A stretch of 64,000 bases of DNA from Fistulifera solaris (taxonomy: Eukaryota): NCBI GenBank assembly GCA_030295235.1, contig AP026126.1, positions 1-64,000 of the forward strand, given 5' to 3'. This document shows, one piece after another, positions 36,021 to 48,158 of this stretch. Positions within the stretch are counted from its first letter, which is position 1. The number at the start of each line of letters is the position of its first letter. A model generated the notes under the pieces. It did no database searches. It was not told the origin of the DNA and saw only the letters and a list, made by a program, of their open reading frames with translations. Position numbers and translations under genes: made by a program.

Positions 36021-36919
36021 AGTAATTCTTAGACTAGATAGGATATCAAATGAAAAGCGGCAATCTCTTTGCGACGACAGCGCTCATCATGGTCGCGATC
36101 GATTTTGTTCATCGCGTTATTTCGCGATATCTGGAGACTGGCTGGCGCGTCAACGGCTCTAATTTCTAGTAGAACCTCCTATTGAAGTCAAGGGAAATCG
36201 GTACTCAAAATGAGTATGACGAAACCACTTGGCTGGTAACTTTCAGTACAACTTGAACCACAACCGGTACTCAAAGAGTTTAAAAATTATGATCGCAAGA
36301 TTCCACATTCCACTCGAAATGGCAACAACGACGCTCCGAAAGCCGAGAGAACGACTTCTTCGGCACAAAACACATCGATGCACCATTTTTTCAACGAACG
36401 AGAAATAATAATACCAACCCATTCATTTGCAACAAATACCTGAATTGCAATAAATGAATGTAGTTGAATCTTATAGGATTACGAATAATGGAGGAATCGC
36501 GCCACTTACAGGAAAACGAAAGAAACGAACGGTACGTGTACGTGTTATGAAGAAAAACACGCTGGTTCGAGTTTCCGCGCGCGACTTTGTCTTTTATAAG
36601 GTGCTATTCATCTGAGATACTTTAACCCATTCTGTATTTATTATTTTGTTTCATGTTCAAAATTCAAGATGAACCAAGGTCCTCTTTGGAGTCTTTGTTG
36701 GAGATTTGGCCGTATAGTTCTCTCCTCCCGAGATTTTTTCGTCTCGCAGCACAAACGCGACCGCGGTATCTCCGATACGGGTTTTGTTCGCTAACGTGAC
36801 GTCATGTCACTGGGTCACTCTGTGACACTGGACTCACGAAACATGACAGGAAAAGGTACGTTTGGTGTGCTTTTTAGTGTGATTCGTTTCTATAACGCGT
36901 CAATTGTATCTTTATATTA

Positions 36920-39900
36920 TTATTTGCTCATTCGCATTCTCTTTTGCTCTTTTTGGGTTTTCTTCGCATCCATATAAGCTTGGATTTTAGCTTTCATTTC
37001 ATCAAGTACCAGCTGGTGATGGGCCAACACGGTCTCATCGCTGATGTCCTCTTCTTCATCTTCCTCCTCGTAATCCTCGGAAGCGGCTTCCGTTAACTGT
37101 CGCTCCAAATCACTGATATGGGTAATGGGACGGCAAAATGGTGCAAAAATGGTTCGTGGTTTGATGCTCTTGTTATCGTCATGACTCTCGCTCTTCTTCA
37201 ATTGGCGAGAAGACGACGAACGTCGCGAGCGCGGAAGTTCCACACGCTGGAAAATGCCAGCCAAGTCTCCCCATTTGATTTCAAAAGTGCTTTTGGGAAT
37301 AGTATCCGCGCTCACTTCCTCTTCTACCTTGATAACGTCTGCTGAGGGGATGTTGTCTGTATCATCCGACTTCTTAGCTTTTTTAAAGGATCCATCGCGA
37401 GCCCCGCCGAACGAGAAGGAATGCTTACGATCGTCATTACCGCGGCGATGTCGTCCGTACGGTTTGTTTTCAAGCAAGTGTGACTGCCATTCCAAAGGCT
37501 CGGATACGTGTTGCGGTTGATAGACGGCCCACGACGGTGCTTGCACTGATCCAGTACCAGGAGGCGGAGGGGGCTCCGACAAGGAATGCCGCCTTTTCAA
37601 CCCAACCCTTGTGTATGCAATGCTGGCTTTAGTGACATTTGCCTCCCGCAATGCGTCTGATCCGTCTGCATAAGGCCCGTGATCGCTGACGCCTCCTCGA
37701 ATACTGTGTCGATCTTGAAGCTTCCTAAGGGATTTATGAAACATGGCGCGCGCGTGTGCTCGTCGAATTAATTCTTCACCTGATTCACCTGGGGTAAATC
37801 CAGTATCCACTTTACATGGATCTTCCCATTCACCATTCTCATCAGTAAAAACATCGTATGGGATCATCGTGCACACAAGCAGCTCTTCATTTTGAACAAT
37901 CTCGAACAACTTATCATGGCCCAATGCCTCACCAGCACGAACCATGGCACTGACATAGGCGTGCGAAAACAAGTCACTGACGGTAGTCTTCTTGGCAAGA
38001 AAATTAGCTAGCACGACCCGCTCTTGAGCTTTTGCGCGCAGTGCGCCAACCCGAGATTCATCAAGAAAGGCAATCGCCTGCTCGAAGTTGGGAATGCATT
38101 TGTTTGCAAAGGGTCGATATGGAGTTTCACCATGAGTGCTTTGCTCACGACTGACACCGTTCGAATCTCCAGCTTTTGGGCTGATGAGGGCTTGCTTCTT
38201 TCAATTTCGGCTGATCCTTGCACTTGGACGGCCTTCGCTGCATGATTCTTCTTCGGCGCGGATATGTCTGCATAAACGGTTTCACCTTTGGTTATTGAGT
38301 CGGTAATATCTGCGGACAGTTCTCGTACTGCTGTATCAACAGCCGTTTGAATAAGCCATTTACAATCGGGATCGACATCAATGCGTCCGCTCTTCTTAAA
38401 AGCATCTTGAAAATTTGTCTCATGATTCGCCCACAGCCAAACCAAGATGACTGCAGCCACTGCATCGCGCGGAAGAGGCAAACAGGCAACATTTCCAGGT
38501 ATTTTTAAGGAGAGATTTGCCAATCTATCTCGTAACAGCGACACCACCAAGCTTTTGGGTATAGGGACAGCAGCCCCAGCTTGATACAGGTGCTCCAAGC
38601 ATGCATTTAGTCTCCCCAAGTCTTTGATTTTGTCCAAAATGGAATGAATATAACCGCTTCTTATCAATGTCGCTTCTTGTGAGCCTACCAATTTTGTTGC
38701 ACTTGGTGCGACATACTTCATTCGGTCTGCGGAGAAATTCTTTCCCTTGGTACTCTTTTGTTCCTGTTTGCCTTCTTCACTGACCGAGCCTGTTTCTCTT
38801 GGCTGATCTGGGAGGTTGAAAATGGAACTTTCAGATTTCGTTTTGGCTTTCCTGTTATCCATTGAACAGGTTTCGCTTTCTTTCTCTACAGTTCTGATCG
38901 GTTCGATGGGCTTCAATTTACCCGTTTTTCCAAGATCGGTGCAAGCTGTCTTTGACTCGACGACATTCTCTTTAGCTTCACCGATTTGGGCAACAGAAGA
39001 CGGGGCGTTCAAATGAGCACCGCTCGCAACCTTCTTGTCGTGTGGAGTGGATAAGCCTGAGTCAGGAACACTAGGCTTTTGTTCAGCATCTGGCACTTGT
39101 TTTCTTGCAATAGCTGCAGATGCCTTGCCCCTGCCGTTTGAGATCGGTGCTCTGATATCAGTTCTGCTACCGGCTACGATACTGCTGGCCACCGGCCCGT
39201 ATCCTGCAACAATACCTCCGATTCTTCCAAATGGCGGGAAGGGATGTATGGGGTTGCCTGCAGCTCCGATGAATTGTGCTACGGCATGTTGTTGTTGCTG
39301 CTGGAAACTATGTAAATTAGCGAGATCACCGGCAGCAGGATGGTGCAGCTGATGCATTGCATTTGCCATTTGAAATTGGGTGTAACTGCCCATCTGATTC
39401 ATCAGCTGCATATTAAACAAGTGCACCGATTGGGCCGGTGTTGCGACATTTGCAATATGGATGGATGAAGACATAACAGGTGCGCTTTTGACGCTACTTG
39501 CAGAATCCTCGCTCATTTTACGCGAAGAAGAAGACTTGACCTTTAACTGACTCTTTCGGGAAGCTTCTTGCATTTTTTCTGCGGTTTTCTCTTTCGATGC
39601 CCCACCACCTCCGCGTATACTCTGAACCGGGACGACTATGTCAGGATCATACTTCGGCTTCTTCTCGGACAGATCCACCTGTGCTGTTTCTAGCGGGCGC
39701 TTTCTATCAACAGCGAAGATAGCGGACGTGAGTGATTTATCGGCATTAAGGACTGTCCCGTGAAGTGATTTTAACTTTGCGACCACAACGCCGAGTTCTT
39801 TTCGTCAATCGTTGGAAGCAAATTTACAACTTTGGATGAAGATGTGGTGGGTGCTCTCCTAAGAGACCCACAGCATGTAAAACAGAGAACGTAAGAATTG

Positions 39901-41992
39901 GATCCAAGGGTCTTGAGTCGCTGGATGAACCATGTGCAACGTTGCCATCAGCTTCCTTGGACGCGACGGTAGAGGCCGAGACAACCGATTCGCTTTTCTG
40001 CTTATTCACCAGTCGTGGAAGGCCGTAAAGGAGTTTTATCTTCGTGACATCGCACGTTTGCTCTCCATCACCGCCTACTACAAAGTTGTCCAAAATCTTT
40101 TGGATAGAAGATACCCCTCTATGAGTTGATGCATTGGCTGTCGTGCACACGGGCAATGGCTTCCTTTCCTGTCTTTCATTAGTTCCAGGAAGTGGCGGCA
40201 GGGTCAATGCAAGATATTCACTGGGGAATGGTTCGGAGTGCATCGGATCAATCGAACCATACGGGGCATCTACGCTCGCCCGTCGACGTCCTCCCAGAGA
40301 GTCCGGATGCGGATGTTTAAGTCTTTGCTGGGCAGACTTGTTAACACCAAATCGCGAGCCTCGTGCCATCAGCGCCATAGTGGAAGGTGCAAAGCTTTTG
40401 ATCTCCTGAGGAGCCCGTACGAACTCTTCTGCCATGGGACTCCAGGCTGAGTAGTTGTCCGTAGGATAGCCCGCTTGAGCCACGAGACTTGCTTGCTTTG
40501 ATATTCGTTGTCGCCTCCCGCGTTTTCGATTTGCTTGGCTGGGTTTCATTAAAATTATTTACATTATTTGTGGGTGAAAGAGTTGCAAGTTTCGTTGATG
40601 GCGTATCATCGGCGTCAACAGATGTCGCTTTGTCAGGTTCTCGAACTTTTTCAACGCGAGCGGAGGCGGGTCCGAATATAGGGATGGATATTGATCTTGT
40701 CGTTCCATTCTAAGGAGGATCGATTTCCTTTTCCGCTCCAACATAACATCACCGGCCGTAGCAGCTGCCAGGCTAATATTTTTTACTCGTTGGCCAGTGA
40801 CTGGGTGGAGTGGACACCTTTCGCTGTACAGTTTAAGAGTTGCCGCTGGAACTTCTTCTTCGGGTAAAATGATCAAGTTCAGACCCGCCGACACGAACAT
40901 CAGCTGGTCCCCATGGTCTACATTTCCTTGCGCGAACATCCGAGCTGCTGCCATGATCCCCGGTGAAGTGTCGACATCATTGGATGACGCTTGTTGTGCT
41001 TGCTGTACGGCGGCCACCTCGGAATTGATTTTGTTCGCTAATTTCTTTTCGAGTTCCTTTTCATCCTGATACTTGTTAATCTCACAACACAGCTGTTCGT
41101 AAGCTGCAGCCGGATCTTTCTTGATTCTCGCTTCGGATTCAGCTGGCGTATTCGGCGGGTGCAGGCAAACGCGATATTTACCATAAACACGTTCCGTGAA
41201 TGCTTTTCGAAGGGCGTACGTCTGGTTTAACGCAGTTTTCAATCGCTGACGAACATCGTCGATCGTCTGATCCGAGGGCCGCACATATTGCGCTATATGT
41301 TCCCCGAGACGCGAGTCTAATGTTGCTGGAAGTCCTTGGTCGGCAGAACGAAAATCGTTAAAGTCGGTGGGATCGTCAGGGTCGGTTTCTTCCACCTGGG
41401 ATTTTTGCTTGCCAACAGTGTTACCGTTACCGACAGGTCGTACAGGGTCTTTCACTACTGAGGGAATATTTTTGGCTATCTGCTCGTTCTTTTCCTTTTG
41501 TTTATCGTTTTTCGAAAGCTTACAAGAGGAGGCATCTTTCGCATCGTCTTCAAGACTCAATACAGATTTCGTTTGCACCGGCTTTCGTTTCGACAGGCCG
41601 TCCTCGTTCTCTTTCGACGCTTTGTCTACTTGTTGTAAAGGCCCAGAGAAATCTTGTTTTTCGATTAGTTGCAGCGGCTGATTGGGGGGATCATCCGCTG
41701 TCACTTGATCGTTTCCATCTCCTTCGTAAGGAGTCGTCGATCCTTCTTTTTTTGCATGTCGAATAGTCTCCTCCGTCGACTTGTCCTCCGCCGCATCCAC
41801 CATCACCGACACGCAATTTTGCCCCTCATTTGTATTGTTGCATGGCTGTGAAATCTCTGAGCTCTCTTTCGTTTCTTCTAAAGCGATGAGCGTCAAAGAA
41901 GGATCCGGCGACTCTGTCGTAGCGATGGTACATCTTTGACGTGGACCCAATTCAGTGTCTATCTTGTCCATTTCTTGCTCCGTTTCCGCCAT
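36920..41992 (-). CDS. Large (~1690 aa) hypothetical protein, largely disordered, probably one gene
   Basis: Four consecutive same-strand long ORFs abut or overlap, consistent with frameshift errors at ~40650, ~39800 and ~38070. No domain recognised. Confidence 0.6.
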
Positions 41993-43793
41993 TTTTCGGA
42001 TCAATTCACCGGAACACAAGTTCGAACACCCAATTCAAGTCTATTTTATTGAGAAAAAGCAATGGAAACGCCCGGAGGGCTAGGAAGCGCTCGTTTCCGG
42101 CAATCGAGATGATGCTGCGGCATGGCCGTTCTACGGGATGGAATTGTCGTGGATTTCTACATGAGGTGCAGATTTGCTCCACGCGTTCCCTTCGTTTTTC
42201 GTTCTCTTTGTGGAGCTGGCATTTTGTACTGCCGCTTCCAGACAGCTTTAAAACGCGGTATTCGACACTCTCTTAGGAAGTATCTAACCGGTACCCGCTG
42301 TTTTACTCTCGGTGTAAATTACTTTGCTGTTCCACTGGTGGCAATACGACGGACGTACCGCACTATCAACTAAGTAAGGTCTCCAATAGATGCGAGATTT
42401 GGACTACTTGTACCCAGTGTCGAAATGCAAAAGCAGCAATAATGATAAAATAAAACGTATCAATATGGGGCGATTTAAGTCAGGATCTTTCTTGCGTGAT
42501 TGTTCGCGACCGAAGCTAACATCCTTTATTGAATCGATCGATCGATTTCGTTTGCCTGGTTTTTCCCTTCATTTATTTCCAGTGGTTTGATTGCAAGAGT
42601 GTAAGTTTCCAAACGCGATTAGGCTCTGATCACCTAATGAGGAGACGCAGCTACTAGCAAATGATAAATGTTGAAGAGTGCTTGATGTGTGCGTCTGTCA
42701 TCTGCATGAAAGAATTGAAACCGAATAGCGGGAAATAGAGGAATCTTAAAATGCTTAAAGGTTGGTATAATGAGAAGCGAGTATCGCAGGACAGCGAATA
42801 CCATCTCACATGAGGTTTATAGAGACTAAGATTAGAGACAAAAGATACTTGCGCTTTGATTAACTTCGTGACGATTTATCTTCCGAAGTACTTCTAGTTT
42901 TTAGACAAGAACGTCCTTGTGTGGATGCCCTCGGTCAACGATGCCCTCGGTCAATCACGAATTATCGGAAGAATACATTGAGTACGGGGTTTCCAAATTT
43001 CCAAATTTCCAATGATAAGTAGTCCGTGACCAAATGTCATACTGAATTATGACCTGCCACTCTATGTTGCTTGATGGAGCACCGCGAAAAAAATTAATTC
43101 TGACAATGTCCAATTTTCAGACTTCAAATGAGTGTAAATAATGAAAGAAAGCAACAATTGCCCTCTTAAATCTGCCCGTACATAGCTCCAGAGACTGTTC
43201 AATGGGCTGGATAAATGGCACAATAAATCTCGAGGGAATACGAAAATCGACGGAATCGGTGGACTATGAGGCTTGGGCTTTTCCGCGTTCACGGGTAACT
43301 TTTTGGGTTGCGTTTGGTGTCACTGCCTCGTGATTGGTTTCCTATGCCCTACGACCGTCTTGGCGGATCACTTATTACTCAATGACGACAGTAAGGAAGA
43401 ACACAGTAGCCCCATGCCCCATTTCTTCCGAAAAGGGATTCATCTAAGATCCCCGTAGTCTTTGTAAGTTGTAGTCGTTCATTGAGGGATCTCATTCTAT
43501 CAGTGTGACACAAAAAGAAAAAAAAAGGTATATCCGCATTTGGAAATTGTCCCATGAGATGAAGGTTTCGTTTATAACAAAACTTTATCACGACGTTGTT
43601 AACTAACCAGCTGCTCCTAACGCCTGAGAATTGCTGCCTTGATTGCATTTCTTTGTAGAGATCAAACGCATTGATCATACAAAAATTCCTATGCACAAAG
43701 CTAAAAGCAAGGCAAAAAAGGGCTACCAATCTGTGTTGACTGTCTCTACATCCGCTTTTTTTATCAGCGTCGATATCTCCGCAAGGTAGTACG

Positions 43794-44477
43794 ATGCAAT
43801 GGAACAGCACCATGAACGTTCAAAACGATAAGATACCACAAGAAGGTGAGGAAGTGTTACCGAAAATACAACCCAGTTTCTGCTTTCATTCGAACGATCT
43901 CTCCCATCCATCATTGCCCGATCCTGACGAATCCCTAAAAGCCAAATTGGCGCCATCTCTTCTAAGCCAACAACCACGCGAGAAGAAAATATCGTTCGCT
44001 GTAAGACAAAAACGAGACTATGAGACAACGTCAACAAATAGTGGTGATGTTATGGAAGTCGATACCTCACGGGACGATCGTGTTTCAAAAATTGTGAATC
44101 AAATGAAAGTTTTAGAGGAAAAGATACAAAAAGCAGCGTTTGCCGAGCTTCGCTATCTTCACTCATTAGACGAAGTGACGCAGAAATTAATGCGCTGGGA
44201 GGAGAAGCATCGGGAGGCAGTATCGAGACGACCGCGAGCCGTCGATGAAGAATCGAGCGCTGTTCTAGAACACTACATTGCTGAGGCGAACGCCAAGATT
44301 GCGAAAGCGAACTTGGTTGAAACAGCCTACAAGCGTAGAGTAAAGGAACTCCACGATAAGCGGTATCGCTGGAGCAAGTTGCACGAAAACGCGGGCCGAG
44401 AGTTACTAGAGCTCGACCCCAGTCGCAAAATTCCGTCGCTTCCTCCACTGTTGGCGCCTACCTTTCTTATACGGTAA
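43794..44477 (+). CDS. Hypothetical coiled-coil protein, paralog 1
   Basis: 227-aa ORF sharing RRPRAVD.ESSA.LE.YIA and LHDKRYRWS..AGREL.ELDP with 45569-46380. Confidence 0.7.
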   Translation: MQWNSTMNVQNDKIPQEGEEVLPKIQPSFCFHSNDLSHPSLPDPDESLKAKLAPSLLSQQPREKKISFAVRQKRDYETTSTNSGDVMEVDTSRDDRVSKIVNQMKVLEEKIQKAAFAELRYLHSLDEVTQKLMRWEEKHREAVSRRPRAVDEESSAVLEHYIAEANAKIAKANLVETAYKRRVKELHDKRYRWSKLHENAGRELLELDPSRKIPSLPPLLAPTFLIR

Positions 44478-45568
44478 CGTAAAGTGAAACTTTTTTGTAC
44501 CGCAATGTTGTTAGACAGCGATTGTGCCTTAGCTGTCATAGCTTAGCTCAGCATTTTGTTTAGAGAGCATACATCGTCATAGCCTCTCTAGAGTCTCTAG
44601 TCTACAAAGTAGCAGGCTAGCAGGTGATAACTAAAGTGAACAGCTTTCCCTTCGGCTAGAGCGGAATTATCTGATTTAAGAAGATAAGTAGCTTCACTCC
44701 ATACCTTTGAACGGATGCTATAATTAATACATAGTTTCCTACGAACCTTTGAATAGATTACGCCAGTTCTTTGCACATGCTTTGTTCCAAAGGTCAGACC
44801 CAGTCCATTGCATGTGTATTTGCTGCGTGGCTGAATTACACCAAAAAAAGGTGTGAGCTACATCGGTTTGGGTGCGCGAACAGAAACGAGTTGCGGTACC
44901 TGGTAACGGTACCTGGTAGAGCACTACTCTATTTCCTTTTTCTTGCAGGACCCATAAACCAAGACCCTTGACCCTTGACCCCTGACCGTGACCGCTGACA
45001 ACGAACAATATTTTTATCAAATGAAGCATGACTGACAATTGACAATAAATTACTAATGAGTGTAAGTGCTTAGAGGCTTGAGGCTTGAGAGGATGTACCA
45101 GTCACAATACCAAGTTCTGTACTTGTACTTCACCCTTCACCGGTTTTTAATAACCGGGATCGAAAACTGATGACTCATCGACAAGCCGATATTTTGCCAC
45201 TGGTTACTCTAGTTACTGGTTGCGGAAAATTCTCCGCGGTGTCATGGTCATAGATTGTAAAGGTTAATGGGCGTTGAGCTGTGGACGATAATTATTTCGC
45301 CAGTTCTATCGTACCTGCTACTTTGGTAATTCACCATTACTAAGTAAGTTACTTCAGTATTCTTTCATTCTCTCATAGTCTTTTTCGTTTCGTGACTTGT
45401 TGCAACTAGATTTTGTTGATTTGCTTTTTCGCGCCCGGGGTTCTGTGATCTCCAGCAAAATCTTTGTGCAGGTTTCCTGGTACCGGTACATCCATCGTTT
45501 CGACTTGCTCATCTTTACTTCATTTTCCATCCACAAAGTGATCAACACCAACCATCTACGCAAGCGGC

Positions 45569-46380
45569 ATGTCAAACGCCATATCTAACAAATCTCACCA
45601 TGGCTCGAGTATGCATGGCTTGATAAAGAGCGACGGTGCAGTTGAAACTTTTACGTTCCACGGGAGCATGGATTTCGTCGTTTCGTCCTCTAGTGTTCCG
45701 AGCAAGTATGTGCGTTGGCATGATGTGACGAACATTCAGAACGATGCAATGTCTATTGATGATAGAAAATGTGACCGAATCTCTCCCAATCGCCTTTCTT
45801 TGAGCGCAGCGTTGCGGTCATCGCGTCCAGTGGATGCCTCGGGAACATTGCCACCACGATCCCCTTCTCGAGCAAAGGACGACAAGTACCTCACTTTCAT
45901 CCCCAAGCGTATTCGATTTGTCGACTACGATGACTCGGACGGCGACTGCATCCCTCGTAAGGTGGACACAGAGCATGCTAGAAGTGCCCGCAAGACATAT
46001 TTGATGCGTGAAATGAAAGAGGTGGAAAAGAAGATACAATACACCGTCGGCAACGAGCTCAACTACCTGCAAAGTCTCTGTGAAACGCTCCAGACACGCA
46101 TGCGTTGCGAAGAGAAGTTGCAGAAAGCGATACTGCGGAGACCACGGGCGGTCGATAAAGAATCCAGTGCTACGCTGGAAAACTACATTGCCCATGCCAC
46201 CAACAAAGTCATCAGAGCCACGCAAGTCGAAATAGCTTACAAGCGCAAAATCAAAAACTTCATGACAAGCGTTATCGCTGGAGTATGATATATGAACACG
46301 CCGGTCGCGAGCTTCGGGAGCTCGACCCGACTTTAATGATTCCGGCTCTGCCTCCTTTGTTTGCACTTTCCTTCTTCTGA
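45569..46380 (+). CDS. Hypothetical coiled-coil protein, paralog 2
   Basis: Homologous to 43794-44477. An A-run deletion at ~46255 hides the C-terminus LHDKRYRWSMIYEHAGRELRELDP...SFF*. Confidence 0.7.
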
Positions 46381-46432
46381 ACCTTCATCATAATAATCTG
46401 TCTTGCTCATAAACATTTAAGCTTCATCTTTA

Positions 46433-47482
46433 TCAGTAAAATGTGGTGCGTACGCGATGATGCGGTCTCAATTTTCCTTCATCGTTCAACTGTTCTCCCA
46501 ATTGCCACAAATACCAATCAACCGATACGGCCGTCCATTTCGATTCCGCATTATTTTGATTCAACCGTTGCACCAATGCATCGACCACCACGACGGTCGC
46601 GGCCCGAATCGCCCATTCTGCCGGACATTGCGCGGGAATTTCTTGCAAGGCATCGATTCGTTGTGCGAGTTGGGGATGATACTGCAAAACGTTCCGGTCG
46701 CGCAACAATTGCGGCAATCGATAATCGGCAAAGGTCGTGAGTTCCTCCATATTCCAGTTCTTTAAAAGTAAAGCCGCTTGCCAGTCACCGACACAGATTT
46801 GAGCCCGTTTCAAGAACGCACACGACGCGTGATAATCGCGAAATCCGGGAAAATACTGGACCAGTAAATTCACGGCTTGTACTGCCGATCCGTTTGCTTT
46901 TTCAATGAGATTCCAAGCGGATCCTTGAAAGTGTTGTAACAACACACTTCCGACTTCGTTCCATAAACGGCATCGTTCTTCGAGTAAGGGAATGGTTTTC
47001 CCTTTGGCACCCAAGATTTGTTTGACGCGTTGTGGCGTCATGTTCGCCAGTTGCGTGGCCGACAGGGCGTAGTCGGACGACAAAGTATCGGGCGTTTGTT
47101 CTTGTTGCGCGTGATCGGCTTTCGCGGCGTTCGTAAGATTGATGGCCAAATCGCAGTATTCATACTTGTCAGGAGACGGCCAAAAACAAAAATTGACCGC
47201 ATCGAGTGCCAAAATATACAACGCGATGCGTTCGTTCCGGACCGACCAGTGTTGGGGAGGACTGTAATGCCATTCTTCTTGATCCCAGGTAACGAGTTCT
47301 TGTTTCTGCAACGCTTGTTGCTGAATGCCGTGTACTAATTCTTGGACGTGATCGGACGAAATGGTCACCATCTCTTGTTGTGAAAAGTAGCGATGACACG
47401 ATTGTCGTACTTGTTGACACCAATTTTCGTTCTGCGGATCGCTCGCAGCAGAAGGAGGAACAGGAGTAAACATAGAAGACAT
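46433..47482 (-). CDS. QNG1: Queuosine 5'-phosphate N-glycosylase / queuosine salvage protein (DUF2419)
   Basis: LDAVNFCFW, IPLLEER, FPGFRD, FLKRAQI, FADYRLPQLL, E..IRA, DWYLW and C-terminal PHHRVRTTFY. Confidence 0.93.
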   Translation of the reverse strand: MSSMFTPVPPSAASDPQNENWCQQVRQSCHRYFSQQEMVTISSDHVQELVHGIQQQALQKQELVTWDQEEWHYSPPQHWSVRNERIALYILALDAVNFCFWPSPDKYEYCDLAINLTNAAKADHAQQEQTPDTLSSDYALSATQLANMTPQRVKQILGAKGKTIPLLEERCRLWNEVGSVLLQHFQGSAWNLIEKANGSAVQAVNLLVQYFPGFRDYHASCAFLKRAQICVGDWQAALLLKNWNMEELTTFADYRLPQLLRDRNVLQYHPQLAQRIDALQEIPAQCPAEWAIRAATVVVVDALVQRLNQNNAESKWTAVSVDWYLWQLGEQLNDEGKLRPHHRVRTTFY

Positions 47483-48158
47483 GGCTGTTGGTGTAGCTAG
47501 TTTGAGGAGTCGATTGTTTGTTTATGATTTATGATTATGATTCTCTGGTGTTAAGAATGGGCGGTTGCCGACAAACGACAAACGTGATCTGCCAATCGAC
47601 TCGTGACTCGGTGCCAACTCGTGACCGAACTGGAATTTCGTTGCAGATGATGCCAATCGGAAGTCCGTCTACAGCTTGAGCGATACACAGGAACAAAAGA
47701 CACGTATACTTTCTAGTCTCCAGGCGGGGTCATTCCCAGCAACCAATTTCCGTTAACAATTTGTAGGAATACAAGTGGTACGTCTTCAAAAAATAAGACC
47801 ACTAAATTTTCTGTAGGCCTGTACCTGGTACCTGTAAGCAATGCCCCAAAAAAAAATTCGCAGCGGGCATCCACATGCAACATGCAAAATAATAAATAAT
47901 CATTCGGGTCGAACTTTTGCCTTGGGAGGGTGAGGATGACTTTTGACGTTTCATTGTTGCGCTTTCATCCTTTCGATTAAACAACTCTATTGTTGATTGT
48001 TGTAATTCCAAAATCACTCGTTGCTTTATTTTTTTCTTATACTCTCTTGAAGAAGTTAGATGAGTTGACAATGTGCCTTTAACCGGATTGTTTTGTTTGA
48101 CTTGAAGAAACGAGCGTCACACAACAATATTCATATTCTAGCTAGAGCAAAGACGATC

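Noticed and set aside
36555..36585. GGTTCGAG resembling a tRNA T-loop or B box
   Set aside because: No cloverleaf stems or A box could be built around it.
42924..42954. 16-bp direct tandem duplication GATGCCCTCGGTCAAC as a transposon footprint
   Set aside because: No terminal repeats or transposase nearby; could be simple slippage.
42250..43790. Possible mobile element remnant in the AT-richer spacer
   Set aside because: No RT, integrase or transposase motifs, LTRs or TIRs were recognisable.
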